A DNA stretch of 55,245 bases from a virus. Lineage: Duplodnaviria; Caudoviricetes. Below, piece after piece: positions 54,850 through 55,245 of this stretch. Within the stretch, counting starts at the first letter, position 1. Each line of letters opens with the position of its first letter. Location of the stretch: positions 1 to 55,245 of the IMG/VR virus record IMGVR_UViG_3300017653_000203, one strand, 5' to 3'. Position numbers and translations under genes: made by a program. A model generated the notes under the pieces. It worked only from the letters and a program-made list of their open reading frames with translations, made no database searches and was not told the origin of the DNA.

Positions 54850-55245
54850 ATGGACGGATACAAACATTATATACGAGTTAACGATGCCGGAACGATTGTT
54901 CACGGCTTTTCTGATGCCTTTGAACAACCGCTAGACGACGATATACTCGTTGCCGAAGAGGCCCCGCGACATTTTCACGAAGCATTTTCGGAACCGCTCG
55001 TTAATGATCGCGGCCAATTCGGCTTTAAATGGGCTGGCGAAATTGTAGAGAGGATGCAAGCGGAACTTGACGCAGAATGGGCGAACCGACCACCAGCGCC
55101 GCCGTCAGAAATCGAACTGCTCCGCGCGGAGAATATTGAGCTTAAGCTGGCGCTCGCCGAATTAGCGGAAGCACAGGAAGCAGACAAAACGGAAACGCAG
55201 CTCGCTTTAGCGGAGCTGGCCGAAATTATAACGGGAGGTGCGTAA
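54850..55245 (+). CDS. Small tail-fibre-associated protein with C-terminal coiled coil
   Basis: AAGGAGG RBS; PPSEIELLRAEN...QLALAELAE. Confidence 0.65.
   Translation: MDGYKHYIRVNDAGTIVHGFSDAFEQPLDDDILVAEEAPRHFHEAFSEPLVNDRGQFGFKWAGEIVERMQAELDAEWANRPPAPPSEIELLRAENIELKLALAELAEAQEADKTETQLALAELAEIITGGA

Larger units (their letters stand above)
1..55245 (+). mobile_element. Internal segment of a Bacillota siphophage/prophage (early, replication, nucleotide metabolism, packaging, head and tail modules)
   Basis: Continuous phage gene order, almost all on +, including terminase, portal, capsid, tape measure and Dit; no host housekeeping synteny; no att site or integrase in window. Confidence 0.97.

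Overview
The whole window is an internal segment of a tailed, probably temperate siphophage or prophage of a Bacillota host. The Bacillales assignment rests on strong GGAGG RBSs, a Gram-positive LexA box, nrdIEF and a Prp-cleavage motif. Gene order on the + strand: small early genes, with a leftward XRE repressor and HsdR_N cassette; replication genes (DnaC-like loader, DnaB-like helicase, TOPRIM primase, phage sigma factor, SSB-like protein, a family A DNA polymerase split into two genes, a two-domain beta-clamp homologue, DnaQ-like, RecB-like and RuvC-like nucleases); nucleotide metabolism (nrdIEF, dUTPase, thyX, dNMP kinase); a frameshifted C5 methyltransferase; ATP-dependent ligase; SOS-boxed yolD; a RepL-like gene; about 930 nt of highly structured non-coding DNA; HNH; then packaging, head and tail genes up to a receptor-binding protein. 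No integrase, lysis cassette, tRNA or CRISPR array is visible. Most notable: (1) PolA is split inside the GRxSS/NLQN motif with an unrelated gene inserted; (2) three candidate structured non-coding RNAs (4051-4386 CGCA-rich leader, 12122-12420, 36450-37330); (3) apparent repeated use of AUA/AUC/AUU start codons behind strong RBSs, including nrdE; (4) a two-domain clamp; (5) a MuF-type toxin-immunity pair; (6) a putative phage-sigma promoter motif plus antisense promoters. All calls come from manual motif reading; no database searches or folding programs were run.
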